Positions 31,800 to 32,013 of a DNA stretch of 32,013 nucleotides are shown piece by piece (the stretch's first letter is position 1; each line of letters begins with the position of its first letter). The notes below the pieces were generated by a model. The model was not told the origin of the DNA. It did no database searches and worked only from the letters and a program-made list of their open reading frames with translations. A program made the position numbers and the translations under genes. This DNA comes from Octopus sinensis (taxonomy: Eukaryota): positions 1-32,013 of the forward strand of contig NW_021832765.1 in NCBI RefSeq assembly GCF_006345805.1. The letters are read 5' to 3'.

Positions 31800-32013
31800 A
31801 TGCATTATAGATTTAGAATATATTAAATAGATGGACCACAGTGCTGGTTGAAAGTTTATAACAGAGGGAAAGAGAGCCGAGTTCTTAAATTACATTTTAT
31901 AGTAAAGTATACAATTCCTAAATTGAACACTTTAATTGATCAGTCTAATAAATTTTAAAAACGAGTATTAAAATAAATTTTATTAACATGCCTATTCGTA
32001 ACTTTATTTGTTT

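Noticed and set aside
1-32013. tRNA, rRNA or other structured ncRNA genes
   Set aside because: None recognisable by eye. A covariance-model scan (tRNAscan-SE/Rfam) would be needed to exclude them.

Overview
AT-rich eukaryotic (animal) nuclear DNA, not a prokaryotic window. The ORF track fragments most genes because they are split by extremely short GT-AG introns, mostly 21-31 nt. Splicing these by hand gives a MARVEL-domain gene (3075-3575), MRGBP/Eaf7 (3980-4429, minus), a protocadherin (7046-9174), NOLC1/Nopp140 (9395-10531), a UCHL5/UCH37-like gene (10670-11942) and the 3' half of an EndoG/EXOG-like nuclease. An animal gene set with ~25-nt introns suggests a dicyemid mesozoan; this is inference. 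The rest is heavily nested transposon sequence: Buster-type and CGGBP1-like hATs, pogo, Tc1, Ginger-like integrase elements, R4/Dong-like and CRE-like RLE retrotransposons, and several other LINE families, partly lying on a local segmental duplication. Main highlights are: an intact but apparently catalytically dead UCH37-like pseudo-deubiquitinase; a five-repeat protocadherin apparently lacking EC2-EC3; transposase genes carrying host-sized mini-introns; a LINE family whose ORF ends in 'GIT*' with almost no 3' UTR; a twin-priming-type LINE inversion; and a possible 6.3-kb hAT enclosing host gene sequence. All homology calls come from remembered family motifs; no database search was run.
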